64,000 bases of DNA from Rhodosorus marinus CCMP1338 (lineage: Eukaryota > Plantae > Rhodophyta): positions 1,054,001 to 1,118,000 of the forward strand of contig JAMWBK010000009.1 of assembly GCA_029953675.1 (NCBI GenBank), in the 5' to 3' direction. Shown piece after piece: positions 12,743 through 26,414 of the stretch. Under the pieces are notes generated by a model, which did not search any database, was not told the DNA's origin, and saw nothing but the letters and a program-made list of their open reading frames with translations. Numbering within the stretch: the stretch's first letter is position 1; every line of letters begins with the position of its first letter. A program made the position numbers and the translations under genes.

Positions 12743-13905
12743 GGGAAAGTGGTCCCCGTTTTTGTTTTTTTTGGTATTCCAAATGATAGCTGTTCGTGTT
12801 TCCCATTGGAAGGAATCGGTGAGGTGCTCATACGCGACTTGCCGTTTTCGCGACCGGCGGTGAGGGCCATCGTTAGAGGCAGAAACGCCTTTGAATATAT
12901 GAACTCTTTACCTCCAGTTCCTGAGAAAACTAATGCAACAGCCTGCGATTCGCAGCTGCTCGAAGCCTTCACAACCAATGGCCAGTGATCACGCGGACCG
13001 TATTTTGTGTTTGTGCTTTTTTTCGCTTGTATCTAATGAAGATAAAAAAACTCTTTCTTGTTTTCAACCATGGACTTCACCGGGTCTTTACCCTCACTGC
13101 CTCACCCGCGAGCAATCAGCGTCGACCATTCGCTCCATGGCATGTTGTTGGCAGCATCTAAGCACGACCACTTGATCCGCGGGAAACAAACTGTTCTATT
13201 GTCCTACTGACTGGGAACGCTATTAAGGCAAAGCGTCAATAATTATCGGCAAACAAAGCAAGTCGTTCTCATCAGCGCAGCAGCAAGAGAACACAATCCA
13301 AAGCCCTTGCCCCGGAGAAAAGCTCCACAACCAAAACACCAAAACAGAGCCCACGTAACGGCCAGGTCAAGAAGCATTTCCTTTAGTACAATAGTACAAT
13401 ACACCGAGCAAAACGAAAAATCCCAGTCATCCGTAAAACTCCTGAACACCCTCTAATTTCTCAAAACTATAAAATAAACTGCATCTCAAAAGAAAATGCA
13501 AAGGGGGTAAAAGCTAATTTTAGTAAACAAGAATCAACATAGAAAATGGAACGTTCGTTTTGCGCGTTTTCCTTACCCCCCCTTATTGAGGTGTTCAAAT
13601 AGCTAAATAATTGTTGCATATTTCTATAATTACAAATTTTGTGATGATAGTAGAAAGGGGTTTTATTTTGGTTGGGATCGCGGAAAGCGGGATTTTGATG
13701 CATTTTGGAGGGGGGACCTTTTTCGGGCTTGAATTGATGGCATTGGGATCTTGGGAAGAAGAGTGTGAAGTGGAGGAAGGTGTGGATGGAGGGGAGAGAG
13801 TGACTCTCAGAAAATCCTGTTTGAGCGAGAAAACTAGTGTGGAAATTATTATTTATCTATTTCGATCGTTCTGCGGAGGACTGGAAGGTTTTTGTTAGAC
13901 AAATC

Positions 13906-14832
13906 ATGGCGTTGAAGCCGACTAGAGTCTCTCTGAAGATCAAGGAGCGGGCGATGGATGGCACCTCGTACACTTGGAAGCCCGTGGTAAGTGCGCTCTG
14001 CTTGGATTTTATGCTAATGAACAACAGTTGTTTAGAAAGGCGAAGGGTTGATGATCGAGGTTTACTGAAGCTTGAACATATTTGGTCGGTCTCATAATGT
14101 AGACTTACACTGTTACTGGTGCAAGTGGAGAGTTGAAGTCGAGGATGCCTGAAAATCCAGACGAGTTGAGGCTGATGAACCTCAGTTTGTACCACCGAGC
14201 CATAAAGCAGCTTCCAGGTTTGAGGGAAGAATACGCTTTGCCGTTTACGGAAGATGCTTTGGTAAACGCGATCCGATACAAGTTTGAGAAATACAGGGAT
14301 ACGTCGGATCTGAGGATAGCTGCAGTGTTGCACCATAGAGGAAAGCTGGTAAGCGGAGATTCTTATCTATTTTGTTATCCAGCGCATGCTGTACAAGTTA
14401 GCTCACTGCTATTGAATGGACAGGAACTGGAAGAGGTGGAACAAAGCCTGAAAACTAGTACTGAAGTGATTAACACCATTCGGGAAGGCGAGGAGATGAG
14501 CATGGCTCGCAAAAGGCAAGCGCAGATGTCGGAGTTCCCCGGGGACGACAAAAACAAAAAGCTATTACAGCTGAAAAAGTGGCATGAGTCCGGCATCATT
14601 CCTCGCTCTGTTACGACATGGGATCAGGTAACGAATACTTACTCACAAATTATGGTTGTTTGTTGTACGATTGCTGACCAGGTACTACTTCGCAACCAAA
14701 CGGAAGTTTCTTCTGTGGAGGGAAGAAGAAACCAGGAAATTCGAGGTGTTCGCGGCAGAATCTGGATTGTTCAGTGCGCAAGACCTGGAAGAAAACAAGA
14801 AAAGGGCCAGCGCTTCTTGTTCTATTATGTAA
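13906..14832 (+). CDS. LYR-family mitochondrial complex I subunit, NDUFA6/B14-like, with extensions
   Basis: LSLYHRAIKQLPGLREEYALP...AIRYKFEKYRDTSDLRIAAVLHHRGQELEEV aligns with the NDUFA6 pattern LYR.W.R..P.....Y.....KLRE.F......D.R.I..L...G..EL.E. Four exons, and the last exon frame is ambiguous. Confidence 0.6.
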
Positions 14833-14929
14833 TCAAAATTTTAGTAAAACTCAACAACGCAACATTTTGCAACAAGTTAGTTTGGACCTCCTCTCGCGAA
14901 GATGTCTGTGAAGCAAAAGCTGTACGATT

Positions 14930-15411
14930 TCAGCTGAACTCTTGTACCATCCTCAGTGTTAAGATGAGGTAATCCAGGAAAGATGAAACGGACACTCTGA
15001 GCACTTTCGCATCTACCGCTTCGATAACCCTATCACCATAACACAACAAGGAATCTAAAATCAGCCGAGGATTTCGAACCTCGAACGCGAGTGGCTTGAG
15101 AAGGCAGCTCTTACGCTTTCAGAGTTCCTCCTTCGCTCCAAATTCTTCTGGAAACCTAAATCATTCGGCGCCGGCGCGGTTAGCAGCTAGTTGGGTCAAA
15201 GGTAATGGTCTGTGGAAACAACGATTGTACGCACGAGGTCTGGCCGAAGCTCCTCATCGACTTCGAGGACTTTCTTAGGAATCTCAGGGTCCATTCCATT
15301 TGGCATTTCAATCGATAGCTCACTGCTCCAAAAGAACGAGATGCAACTATAAGGAAACGGCGTGGCAAGTGGTGGGCTCAGTTTTCAATCCACTTACTAC
15401 TTAAATTCCAT
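14930..15411 (-). CDS. PCC1: KEOPS/EKC complex subunit Pcc1/LAGE3 (t6A tRNA modification), 4 short exons
   Basis: Spliced product MEFKY|ELSIEMPNGMDPEIPKKVLEVDEELRPDL|VSRRIWSEGGTLKA|VIEAVDAKVLRVSVSSFLDYLILTLRMVQEFS*. Donors are gtaagt/gtgcgt/gtaaga and all are in phase. Confidence 0.85.
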
Positions 15412-15860
15412 CGCAAGCTTAAGAAGCACACAACAAGGTAAGCCAATATCGAGCTACGAGAATCTCAATCAAAAATTGGCTAGAGGGCGTTACCAAGAGA
15501 GAAAAAAACATCTTCTAGACATGCCACAACCTCGTTTGATTCAATCACGTCTACTCCGCTTTCTGCTGATTTCTTTCCTTCTCTGAAATTGCATTCGATT
15601 CGTTGCGCATTAAGAAAGTCGGACTAGCTCGACGAGATAGCGCTTGTAAACAATTGACAAGCGCAAGGGTACAAGATCTGCAAGTAGATGTGTTTGGACT
15701 GGATGATCTCTACGAATCCGGTTTCTACATTGGTTAGAGAGACAATGTGTTGTCGGGACGAGCGAGTAGGTTCTAGGGAGATGATGTCAATAGTCGATCA
15801 TACGTTTCGGGGTGTTGATTTTAGAATAGTTTCTCGATATTGAAATGGTTTGGGGCCAGG

Positions 15861-17190
15861 CTATCGCTTGTTCTTCATCTGATTCCTTCTATCTTTTCCT
15901 GGCCTCTTCTTTGCGCCAAACTTTTTCTTTGGGCCATTTCTTTGTGGCTTCTGTTTCTGAATCCCTCCGTTGAACTTCCGATCTCGGGGCGGCTTGTTGG
16001 AATCAGACTTGCTCCTGAATTTTTGTTTTCCATTGGGTGCGCTTCGATTCTCATTCCGACCTGAGCGCTTCTAAAACACCGGAAGAGAAAATCTGTGTAA
16101 ATAAACTAGGTCGCATCTGGGAATCGACCTTGTTCGACGAGCATACGAGTAGGACGATACCAAGAGCCGCGTACCTTTCTTGGGGGTATTGGAGTTCCAT
16201 CTTGAAAAAGAGCTGTTGACAAGTCGTCATTATCTTCGAGGTCGCCCTCTCCTTTGCCGCCGGACTGTCTCGCCTGCTGCTTGGCCTTAAGCCTTCCTTT
16301 CCTCGCTTGTTCCAAGCCTAAAACTTCATCCTTCTCTCTCCTGTGGTCATGATCCGAAGATTACGTAGTTGGAGAAACGTACAAGTTAGTACACGTCGGG
16401 TACACACGCGCTCAGGACTGTGAAAGAGGGAGCTCACTTCTTTCTCTCCTGCTCCTTTTGTCTTTGTCTCTTTTTCGTGTTCTTGGTGTTGTCTCTCTCG
16501 GCTCTTCTTCTAACAGCAGCATCGATGCGTTCCTTCTCGAAACTCAGTTGAGATCGTACCTGAATATTCGGACAGGGAGTCATGCCTCTTAGAAAACTTG
16601 CTTAGGCTCAACTGCTCTCAGCAAGCGTTCACCCACGTCGTAAATCAGATTCATACCTTCTGCATATGTTCATCCGACTTTATCATTTCGGCCATATAAT
16701 CGTCGGGACGTCGGAATGGTATTTTCTTCTCGATAAGAAGCCTCAATCCTTCTTCAGCGGCTACAGAAACCCAGGCAAACAGTAGCACCCGGAAGCTTTA
16801 GATGAGGACTACGGAAGCTCACAAAAAACGCTCCTAAGAAAACCTTCAGATACGTACCCGTCAATGTGGACTGCAAGAAGCTCTCCTCTCTTTTCAGGTC
16901 ATCATCTTTCAGTTTATCGTCACAAGAATCCTGAGCAATAAAAAGCCACGAGTTAGCGTCCAAGCACATCTATCTCCCACCTCCAGCAGTGAAAAAATCT
17001 ACGCTCTTACCATTCTAAGAGTCAGATAGCGCTCAAAATTCTGGTCGGAGCCATCCCGGAGCTCCTCAGTGAACCTCTCGAGTTCTCCGACGTCGAGAAC
17101 ATGCTCCCGCACTGTCTGCCCAGCCAAGCCGCTAATGGCGTATTCCTCCAACGCCTCCTTTTCCTTAGCTAACGATTCTTCAGAACTCAT
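15861..17190 (-). CDS. EBP2: rRNA-processing protein EBP2 (alternative start at 17304)
   Basis: Signature IPFRRPDDYMAEMIKSDEHMQKV and a basic C-terminus KKFGAKKRPGKDRRNQMKNKR*. Confidence 0.88.
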
Positions 17191-18585
17191 ATTGAAACAG
17201 CGAAGACCCTGAATTTCGCTTAGCAGCTCTGCAATATACCTAGCCTCCTCCCCAAAGCAACTCCCCAAGTAATACAACCGTCGCCCGATCGAGTCAGCTG
17301 ACATTCATTGAACACTGGCCGTGACAAACGAATTGATTATCATAAATCTTTGTTAAATATTGACTAATAAACCAATCATATATCTTAGTATATTTTAACG
17401 TCTCGTATAAACCAATATATATACTTGAATAATATTAAGGATAACCCAGTTCAGCGCGCCTCATCGGGGAGCGCTGGTCATAAAACGTAGCTCTCTTCGC
17501 TACTAGTCGGCTCTTTACCTCTACTGTGGTATTGAGCTTTTTGTAGTTACGAGGCGATTATAACCCACGAGTAGCGCTCTTGCACGACGCAGGTGAGCCG
17601 TGCTGGCCAGCGGGAAGTTCAGTCATCCATATTCCTGGGTATAAAATTAGAGCCAAGCACCGAGATCCGCCGCATGCTAGCCGAAGAAGTTCATACCGTA
17701 GCACGCGAGGTTGCATTGCGTCAACTTGGGTGAACCTGCGGCTTTCGGGGCCGACTTGGCATGGGGAAGCCAAGCCGTGCGCAGACTTGCGCTCGAAACT
17801 TCTTTGGGGAGTTCCGATGATTTTATCATCGTGTAAAATAAAAGCAGAGCTTGGGTTTCCCCGTTACAAGCAACCTCAAAGTCCAGCAGAAGATTTCCCA
17901 AACCTGCCCCTGCTCCACCTGCAACTCGTCGTTGTCGCGAAGCCCAAAGGGGTGAATAATTTTTTAACAAAAAATACTTTCACAGTCGAATCATCAACGC
18001 CATAGTGTCCGTAAGAAAAGAGGGAACTATTATAATTCGATACTTAAGTTACATATTCAAGAAAAATTCAGATTCTATTTAATATTGAAATTGGGAATAC
18101 TTAGACATCCAAAATTCCAATGGGTCTTTTTTTTTTTCTTTGGTCGAGTGTTTCCTGACGATCAAGCGCAAGCGGAGAAAAGCGCTTTTCAGGAAGGGGA
18201 TGAAGTAGTGAGCTGGACGTAACGGTTTGGGAGGGTGGGGGGGGTGAAACAAGGCAGAAGGATCAGAACAAAAGCACGGAATTGATTTTTAAGGTGAGCT
18301 CTTACGTTCAAGGTCTGTTCGGGTTTTCCAGTAATGGAACCCTCAGCAGGACAAGACTGATTGGGGTTGACTCGACGACAGGGTGTATTCGCGTGTACCT
18401 GGTTCCCTCTAGATTGCTCGTTTTGAAGGCATGGGTTTGTCTTAGGTAGATATGACAGCCTTCTTGGGCGTTTTAAGGAGCGTTCTTTTTTTCCTGCGCA
18501 GCACGGACCAGCTGCTGTTGAGGGTGTGCTGAGCAACCTCTTGCCATTTGAAAATGCTGAGGATAAAGGCTATGGGACCTTAGAA

Positions 18586-21500
18586 ATGAAAGTTCCAGAC
18601 GCGGTTCAGCCAGACTGCTCTGCATGGAAATCCACAGAGTTCGTAGTAACCGTTCGAGGCGCGTGGGACAGTAGCAATAGCCCGAGTAAGTCTATGCCTG
18701 ACTTCTCTGCGTCTGGCGAACCAAGGTTTCTCATAGATACCCGCTCTGCCGCTCGACCATATAGGCGTAATGCCCTTGAAAATTATAACGCACGATGAAA
18801 GTCAGCGAAATCATGACTTCGACCTTGATTGGGAAGCGGAGTATTTAAAACTAAAACATATCGTCCCAAGCGATCTACTTCTGGCAGCAGAGGGGCTGGT
18901 ATGAAAATATCGAAATCCACTTCCTATATTCGAAATTGCTGCTATTTAGCGCAAACCGTTGAATGGAGAAGGTCTGTTGCTTTGTTTTACAATCTAAGGT
19001 TTCCTTTATACCGCATCTTTTCAGCAGGACGTGGCCAACCAGGAAGGGACTACATCTCCTACAAAACAGCTGAGGCCAGAGGAAGCAAAGACCCAATGCG
19101 CGGAGGCAGATGCTGATTCTTCCGCGGAAGAAATAGTTACTTCCGATCAAGAAGTCGGAACCACATCATCGAGGATAAAATCCCAGAGCGCCGTATTTGC
19201 CGCAGGAAAATCGGCCATTGGTGTTCCAGAGTCAGAGGTTGGTGCGCACACATCTTGTACCATGGAGCTGGTGGGTATTCTGAGCACATTGTTTGATAAT
19301 CAACACAGGAGTCATTCGAAAATGGACAAGAGAGCGGAAACGAAACTCTACCGGGCGGCGTTGCCTATGCTCTGCCGGTGGGAAACCCATCACAAATCGA
19401 CAGTTTCGGAGGTGCTTCCCTGTCTACTCACCCGGATACAGGACAAGGTATCTGCGCACAGGTTCTTCTTTCAATGAGTATAGTGTGTAGGAGAACGTGT
19501 GCTTGCTGCTAAAACACGGTGAACCCATGCTAAATGCAACTTCGTACTTCTGCAGAGGACCTCATTATAGAGGATACAATCTCTTGGGACAACAGACGTC
19601 CCTCGCTGACTGGAGAACCAGAGAGACCGCCTTCGAAGGAAGAGTTTAGTTCCGAGTATGAAGATCCGAAACTAGAGACTAGCATCTCCGTGCTCGAGGA
19701 TGAGGAAACAATGGTGAGAGCATTTACTTGCGAAATTTTTAGGTGTTGCTGCACTGACGTGCTCTTCGCTCGTACCTACTCAGCTGCAATCGAAAGACGA
19801 GAGATTGGAGAGCAAGACAGTATCGGAAACCGTGGCAAATGTTGACGAAGACGACGACCTGGTTGCAGTAAGTAGGCTGTACGAAGACTCTGTTAGTTGG
19901 CTAACAAACTATGATCTAATCGAACTACGGGTCTAGTTGCGTGAATTGCGGGGTGACGAGCCTCCCATGTTCCGGACTGCTTCAAATCGCAAACTACAAC
20001 TGTCGGACACTGCAGTTGAGAAAGCCGGAAGGTTTCTTGAGACTAATTTGGAGCGGAACGGAGGTGCATGGGTAGGTGCAGCAGTGAATCTCAGGCTCGT
20101 CGAATCTGGACTCAAATTCATGCCACCCACTTCGGGATCGAAAGAAATCAGGGGACCAAGACACGTCAATGGTGGAACCAGTGGAGGATCTTGGGGCAAC
20201 CGGATTCCACACATCTCGGGGCTCAAGGCTATCTCCTTCCTCGGCAGCCCTATCAGCGGCGAAGGGTATCCTCGAGGAAGGCATACAGACGGTAATGAAC
20301 GGAAGCTCATCAGCTCATAGAGAACGAAATCTGACGCCCTTTGTTTGGGTCCGTTTGGAAGGGAATGGCTTCGGGCTTTCAATCATCGAGGGGAATCAAG
20401 CTCATCCCATCAGCAAAGGCGCTATCAGCAGCTGGGCACATCCTTAACGACCCGAACATGGTATGGACTTAAAAGACCGACGTAGTTGGACTAGAAGAGC
20501 TCAACAAACTGATTTGCTTTCCAGGCGCTGGGGACAGCGGAAACGCTGGGTGCTAAAGTTCAACAATCTCGAACAGGTTTCGCAACCGGTAGAGGCTTAA
20601 CACTTGCAGCATCTCCACACGCTCTAAATAAGGCTCAGATGCTCCTCGCGGTTGAGCTTGAGGAGGTGACAGTGAACACTATCCCGCAGGCTGAACCATT
20701 TCCGCCAACTGGGTTGGGCTCGGGGCCTGAAACATCTCCCGATGCGCTTAGAAAAGCTAGGGAACTTCTATCTGAAGAGGTTGAAGATGTTACGATCACC
20801 AATATTCAACAGGCATTCGCTACAGGGAGAGGCTCGAAGCTTGCTGCGTCTCCCGACGCGCTCAGCAAAGCTCAAGCGCTTCTCTCGGACGAGCTGGAAG
20901 AGGTAAGAGGCAGCAAATTGGAGAAGAGGTGCGATTCTGACCCGAAGGAAAATGCTGTTGGCTTTGCAGCGATTACATTGCGAGACTAACTTGCCACGAA
21001 CGGATGCCTTGACAAGAGCTCAACATGTTCTTGAACATACGGAGGTGTGTACATTTCCTAGTCACTTCGCGAGGGCAAAGGGCTTAACGTTCCGTGCTTG
21101 GTCCTTTTCCCTGCAGACTGTGGCGTCCGGGTTTTCAAATCTTCGTGGGAACAGTCTGAAATTTTCTCCGAACGCTCTTAAACGAGCGGTAAGGATTCTA
21201 GATGAGAAAGGGGAGGTAGGTCATGTTGACCTAACCATAACATAGACAGAGATCAAGCGTTCTCAACCATTCTGTCATGTTTTACCAGACGCCGGAGCGT
21301 GCTATTGCCATTGACTTTGGTGAGCGAGAATTCTTCTTCAGAATGGCTTTCTTGAACGAGAGCAGAGTAAATCCTCTGAAGTTGACTTACAACTCATCTC
21401 AGGAATGATGGACGAGAGGAGCAGCATCCCGGAGCAACGGGTGCAACAACCCAGCCCAGCTTTGGCCAGGGTAAGGGAACCATGAGACTCTCTGAATTGC

Positions 21501-24228
21501 CTGAGCTAGTCAGAACTCTGAAGGCATTTTGCGTTCAGCCTGTGCAGGAAGAGCTTGAGGTAACTCCTGCTGTTGGTATTCACAAGCGCAGGCTCGCCGA
21601 TTCAACCTCTAGGCCGTCACATAGAGGCTCGACAAACTCGTCTGCTTTCAAGGCTCCGCGGAAAAGCGCTTATCGACCTAGAGATGTTCCTTCCGCAATC
21701 CCGTTGGAAGGAATAGAAGGACCAGTCTCTATAGGTAGGACATTTGGCACCATGATCGAGAGAAGTAGCGGGGGAACTGACTGTGGTTTTCCTCTTGCAA
21801 TGGAAAAACTCCTTATTCAGGAATACTGACCACTGACAAAGACGGTACAGAGCTTGACGTTGACACGTTCTCACGGACTCGAAAGAGAAAGCGTAATGTG
21901 AGATGCGGTGCATTCAAGGCACGAATTTGTACCGAGGCAGTTGGCAAGGAACATCTGTAGGTTTGCACACAAGTCAGGATGTGATTGCAAATCTGCTGAA
22001 CGTTGTTTTTTTTTAGAGTCACATTTGACTCCTCGACATTAGGGTGGGAGCCCGAAGATTTAGAGTCTGGGATTCGCCGAATATTTTTGAAAGCAGGTGT
22101 AGAGAGCCTTGCCGGGGAATTCAAAGAAACTGGCCGTGTCAGCTGGTCATCGATTGTGCATCTAGTCACGAATTTGTTCCCTACACGAAAGAGTACGCTG
22201 ACCCCCGGAAAGCTCCTCGAAAGAATTCTCTTTTGAAACTGGTTATTCGTTTCTTCAATTGCCGATTAGAAGACTTGCCTAGTGCTGTGGGAAGCGCTTC
22301 ATGGGCCTCCAACTGTTTTGCACAGTTCGTACAGAAGCTTCTATTCATAGAAGCACTTCAGCGTACAGATGGGCGAGATGATGAAAGCAAGCGATTGAGT
22401 CTGAAGTGCGTCTTTTTAGAGTTCGCTCAAAGGATTGAGAGGGAATGGAATCAAGCCTCGGCGCCGCCTCTACTCAAGTAAGCTACCGTGGTTCTTTCTG
22501 CATTCCTCTCCTTGAGTTCCACGAGTCTTACTGGTTTTGGGATCCTCCAGGATTTTGCGACGAGATTCCATTGCGGGTGGACCGGTTGTTCTAGTAGTGC
22601 GTCGCATCCTCGGCGACTGCCGGCGGCTCGAACTCTCTGATGGGTAAGGTGCTAGTCCAATACTATTGAAGCAGATATTGCTTGCTGACCTCGTGTGTTC
22701 CCGCGAATGTCCTGTTCTAGCTGGTATAATGCGATTGCAGAACTGGACGACGATTTGGCTGAGTTGGTTAGATTCAGGAGAGTCAAGGTTGGGCATAAAT
22801 TGTTCATCACGGGGGCCGCAATAGAGCAGATCGATGCCACAGAGGAGGAAGCGTTGAGTGCATCGATTCTTAAGCTTCAGTACAACTGCGTCCGACGAGC
22901 TAAGCCGGAAACGACTTTGGGGTTCAGAAGGTGAGAGGACAACTACTATCCATCAGCATTTCGCATATCATACTGAAGGCCTTTGTTTAGGGCACCAGCA
23001 ATAGCGGATAATCTCCGTTTCGTGAGAGCTACCGGAGGGCCCGTCCCGTTTGTAAGAGTAGTGGTAGTGAGGTTGTTCCCGAACAGATTCATTGAGCAGA
23101 TGCCTGACGGTACCAAAGTTAGCCGCAGTGCAGAGGCAGAGGATCAAGCTCAAAGGATTCACCAGCTGAAATCAAACGGGCAGTCACCTGAAAGGATTGT
23201 AAAGCAGGTAATGACTTCTAGGATCTGACATCTTATTCCTAAGGGCGTTGCTTAAAGAGCTCATCCGTCGCATAGGTCCGGGAAGCTCGAGTTGTAGATT
23301 CTGCAGGGGGGCACACGTTCCTTTTGATGTATCAGATGAGTCAAAATCTGGCTCTGACAGAAGGTTCAGCAATTCTGATCAGCCGAGCAAGCCTCATCTC
23401 TAACAGAGGCCCTCCTCTTCAAGAAGAGGTGCAGACCCTTGAAAATAATGAGTTGTGGTACCCATTCCGCCTCATCGTGGGAAGTCGGTCCCTCATTTAC
23501 CCGTCAGCGCATCGGACGAATGACCCGGGCCCTCTGAAGTCGGTAAGAACTTCTTTTGATTTCGAGAGATCCCAACTCGCTAGCGCCATACTCACCGTTG
23601 CGTTCCACAAATACGTTCCTTCAGATTTTCTACCAGATAGAGGAAGTACCCTCAAGGGTCTCCATTGGCAAAAGCTTTGATATAGCTGCGGAAGTACTAT
23701 ACGTCGGAGACCTCAACGGGAGTACAAGGAATGTCTATCTCGCCGACTGTCCGAACTCGAAGCTGGCAATAGCTGAGGTATTGTTGCGAAGCAAGATCTT
23801 AGCTTGAATCGTATGTACAGCGTTTGATTTTATGATCCTATACTCGTTTCCCCCGAAACCACAGTTCCGTGGTGAAGATGCTCGGGTGCTACCGCGATCG
23901 CTACTCAGGCATGGGCGGGTCGTGATAAACGCGAAAGACTTGGAGCTTAGACAGTATGATAGGCTACTGGATGTTGTTTCATGCCGGTGAGGAGGATCTG
24001 CTTCCGTCTCCGTATAATAGAACCAACCCGCTCATGTAATTGGAGCCTTCAAAACTATTTTGCAGGTTCACCGCGAGAACTTCAATTGTCACGGCCCCCG
24101 AGAGCATCGCCCGTGAAGTCAGAAGTAGATTTGACGATTCAAAGGACGCAGCGGATCGACTACTGAGCTACGCGAGAAGCATCGCCGAGGGTTCCGTAAA
24201 GCTCGGAGATAGAACCGCGGGGAAGTAA
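18586..24228 (+). CDS. BRCA2: BRCA2 homologue: BRC repeats plus helical/OB-fold DNA-binding domain (5' end uncertain)
   Basis: BRC repeats at ~19966-21200 (FRTASNRKLQLSDTAVEKAGRFL and others). OB1 is LELSDGWYNAIAELDDDLAELVRFRRVKVGHKL...KLQYNCVRRAKPETTLGF, and OB2 starts GGPVPFVRVVVVRLFPNRFIE. Confidence 0.88.
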
Positions 24229-24238
24229 TCATATCCCA

Positions 24239-25887
24239 TCATAAGTTATTCTCGTCGGAGGTTTGTGGACTCGGTTTTCTTCCGGCGAGACTGTATCCAA
24301 CCGCGCCACTCGTGACAATAAATGTCACCATTCCCTTTCGTGGTGAGTAGCACTGGGATTCCTGGAAAAAGGGCAATGCACATCTAAAGTTCTAAGGAGC
24401 CCACACCTCACGGACTTTGGAGGGCATCACTTGTGAATAAAGTACTTACTTGAAACTCGCAGAAAAACATAGCCGAGGCAGCGAAAACGCTAACTGATCG
24501 AACAGCACCCATAATCCCTATATACACCGCCCCCAGAGACGAAATCACATCGTAGTAGGCTATTGCATGAAGAAAGCTTGACGCAAAGATGCCAAAGTAT
24601 AAACCTGCAGCGAACGGAGGACGAACCGGGAAGATCAAATCCCGTCTACCTTCAGCAAAGCGTCACTACGGGGGCTCGAGAGCGATCTTCCAGCACGTAC
24701 CCAGAATTCTGTATGAACTGCCATGATGAGTTTCAATCGACTTCGTTACAAGCTGGGTCCAATGGGGTACAGTGTGGATACCAATGTATATGCAGAAGAC
24801 GACGAGGCAAGTGCCATGGGTGTACAATGACAGCTCTGGGCCTGTGGGAAAGACAGGTTCAAATCACAGAATTTCAGAAAGAGGAAAACCAAAAAAAAAA
24901 ACCAAACACAAAAGCAGTCGCTGAAAGACGTTGAGGAACTAGCTCCTGTTTACCGGTGGGAGGTGGGAGAGAAGTGCTCTCTCCCGATGTTTTTGACAAG
25001 AAGTACTCTACAACCACATAATTGAGTGAATAGAACAGACAAGACGTTAACGTGAAGATAACTCCGTTGATGACCGTTGCATAAGAGTCATTAGGAACGT
25101 CCGGGTGTTCTGCAGCGATAACGAGGCCAAGTGTTATTGTCGCAACAAACATCCACTGCATTATGGTAAGACGCTTCTTCAAGCAAATCGTAGTAAGAAT
25201 CGCTGTAGAGACCTATGACAATGGAGGGTAGAAAAAAAACGTTCTCAGGGGTGCATCGTATGGTTCCGAGACAGTATCTGGAGAGCTCACCGTCGACCCA
25301 GAGTGGACGATTTGATAGAGGCCAGAGCCTGCGTATGAGAGACCCAGTAGCCCCAATGCGAAAGCAATGAGCTCGTTGAATGCTGTTACGAACAATTTTC
25401 TTCTCTCCGGGTGAAAGATTGCTTTCATATTCAGCTTGGGCATCAGTGACTTCGGTTTGGTCTCTAGCACGCAGTTGAAAGGGGGGCAGACAGGAAATAA
25501 GAATGATAACTTTCAAACAAGGGGCCCGGTCCCTCTCCTGCGTACCTTCCTTACTGTCCCGAGAGGCGTTCCGAAAGAGCCTAAGAATCGGTTCTCCCAC
25601 GAAGAAAACAAGGACGTTTCCGAGGTAGTTCGGTATTGAAATCAAGAACGTATCACGATCTGCAAAAATACGCAGTACGAAAGCGAGATTCACGCAGGAT
25701 GTAAGCCGATACTCAGATTCGCACTCTACAACAAACCTCCGGAATACTCACCTCCGCCTCCACCCTCGTACATGAGGGCCTGCATACAAATAATCTGAAC
25801 GACACCAGTAGCGACATAAAGCGCCCCGGACATCAAATACCTCGCAACGCTTCGAAACTTCGAATAGTCGAACCCAAGCACTGACAT
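24239..25887 (-). CDS. Drug/metabolite-transporter superfamily (EamA/SLC35-like) multi-pass membrane protein
   Basis: About 10 hydrophobic segments. Motifs LGLLGLSYAGSGLYQIVHS, LKKRLTIMQWMFV, SCLFYSLNYVVVEYFL and GAVYIGIMGAVRSVSVFAASAMFFCEFQESQCYS. Confidence 0.7.
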
Positions 25888-26380
25888 TCTTAGTCAGACC
25901 TCTTCGGCAGAAAACTCTTAAAACTCTCCAAATACCTGTCCTGCAGCTCAGCCGGAACTGAGCCTATGAACAAAAAAAAACAGTCTACGTACAGACCCAA
26001 AGCCGGCTTCAAAGCGCTCAGCCTGGGCAGCCTGTCCTTCAATAGCACGAACCAGCAGGTTTTCCTTACATAAAACTCAAGACCCACACATCCAGACTGT
26101 CGAAAACACCCCAACCCGCTTCAGCGATCCCTTCCCCACGCCTTCTCTTCGGCTGTCCGTCTTTCGGTTCACTGAAAAACAAAAAACCCAGAAAGGAAGA
26201 GAAAACCCAAAAACTGTGTGAGTCTTTCGTGCTCCCCGATTGTGGCTTCTGTTCGGATGTCTTTCCGTTCACTAGAAAACAAAAAAAACACACAAAACAA
26301 GAAATCACCCCCTCCTCCCTACACAAACCTCCAAACAACATCACCTTCCATAAAATTCCACTTTTCCATTCCAAGAAAGA

Positions 26381-26414
<34 letters not shown>

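Noticed and set aside
15066-15083. tRNA T-arm/B-box-like hairpin (GAGG-TTCGAAAT-CCTC on the minus strand) in a PCC1 intron
   Set aside because: The loop is 8 nt, and there is no acceptor stem, D-arm or A-box, so no cloverleaf can be built.
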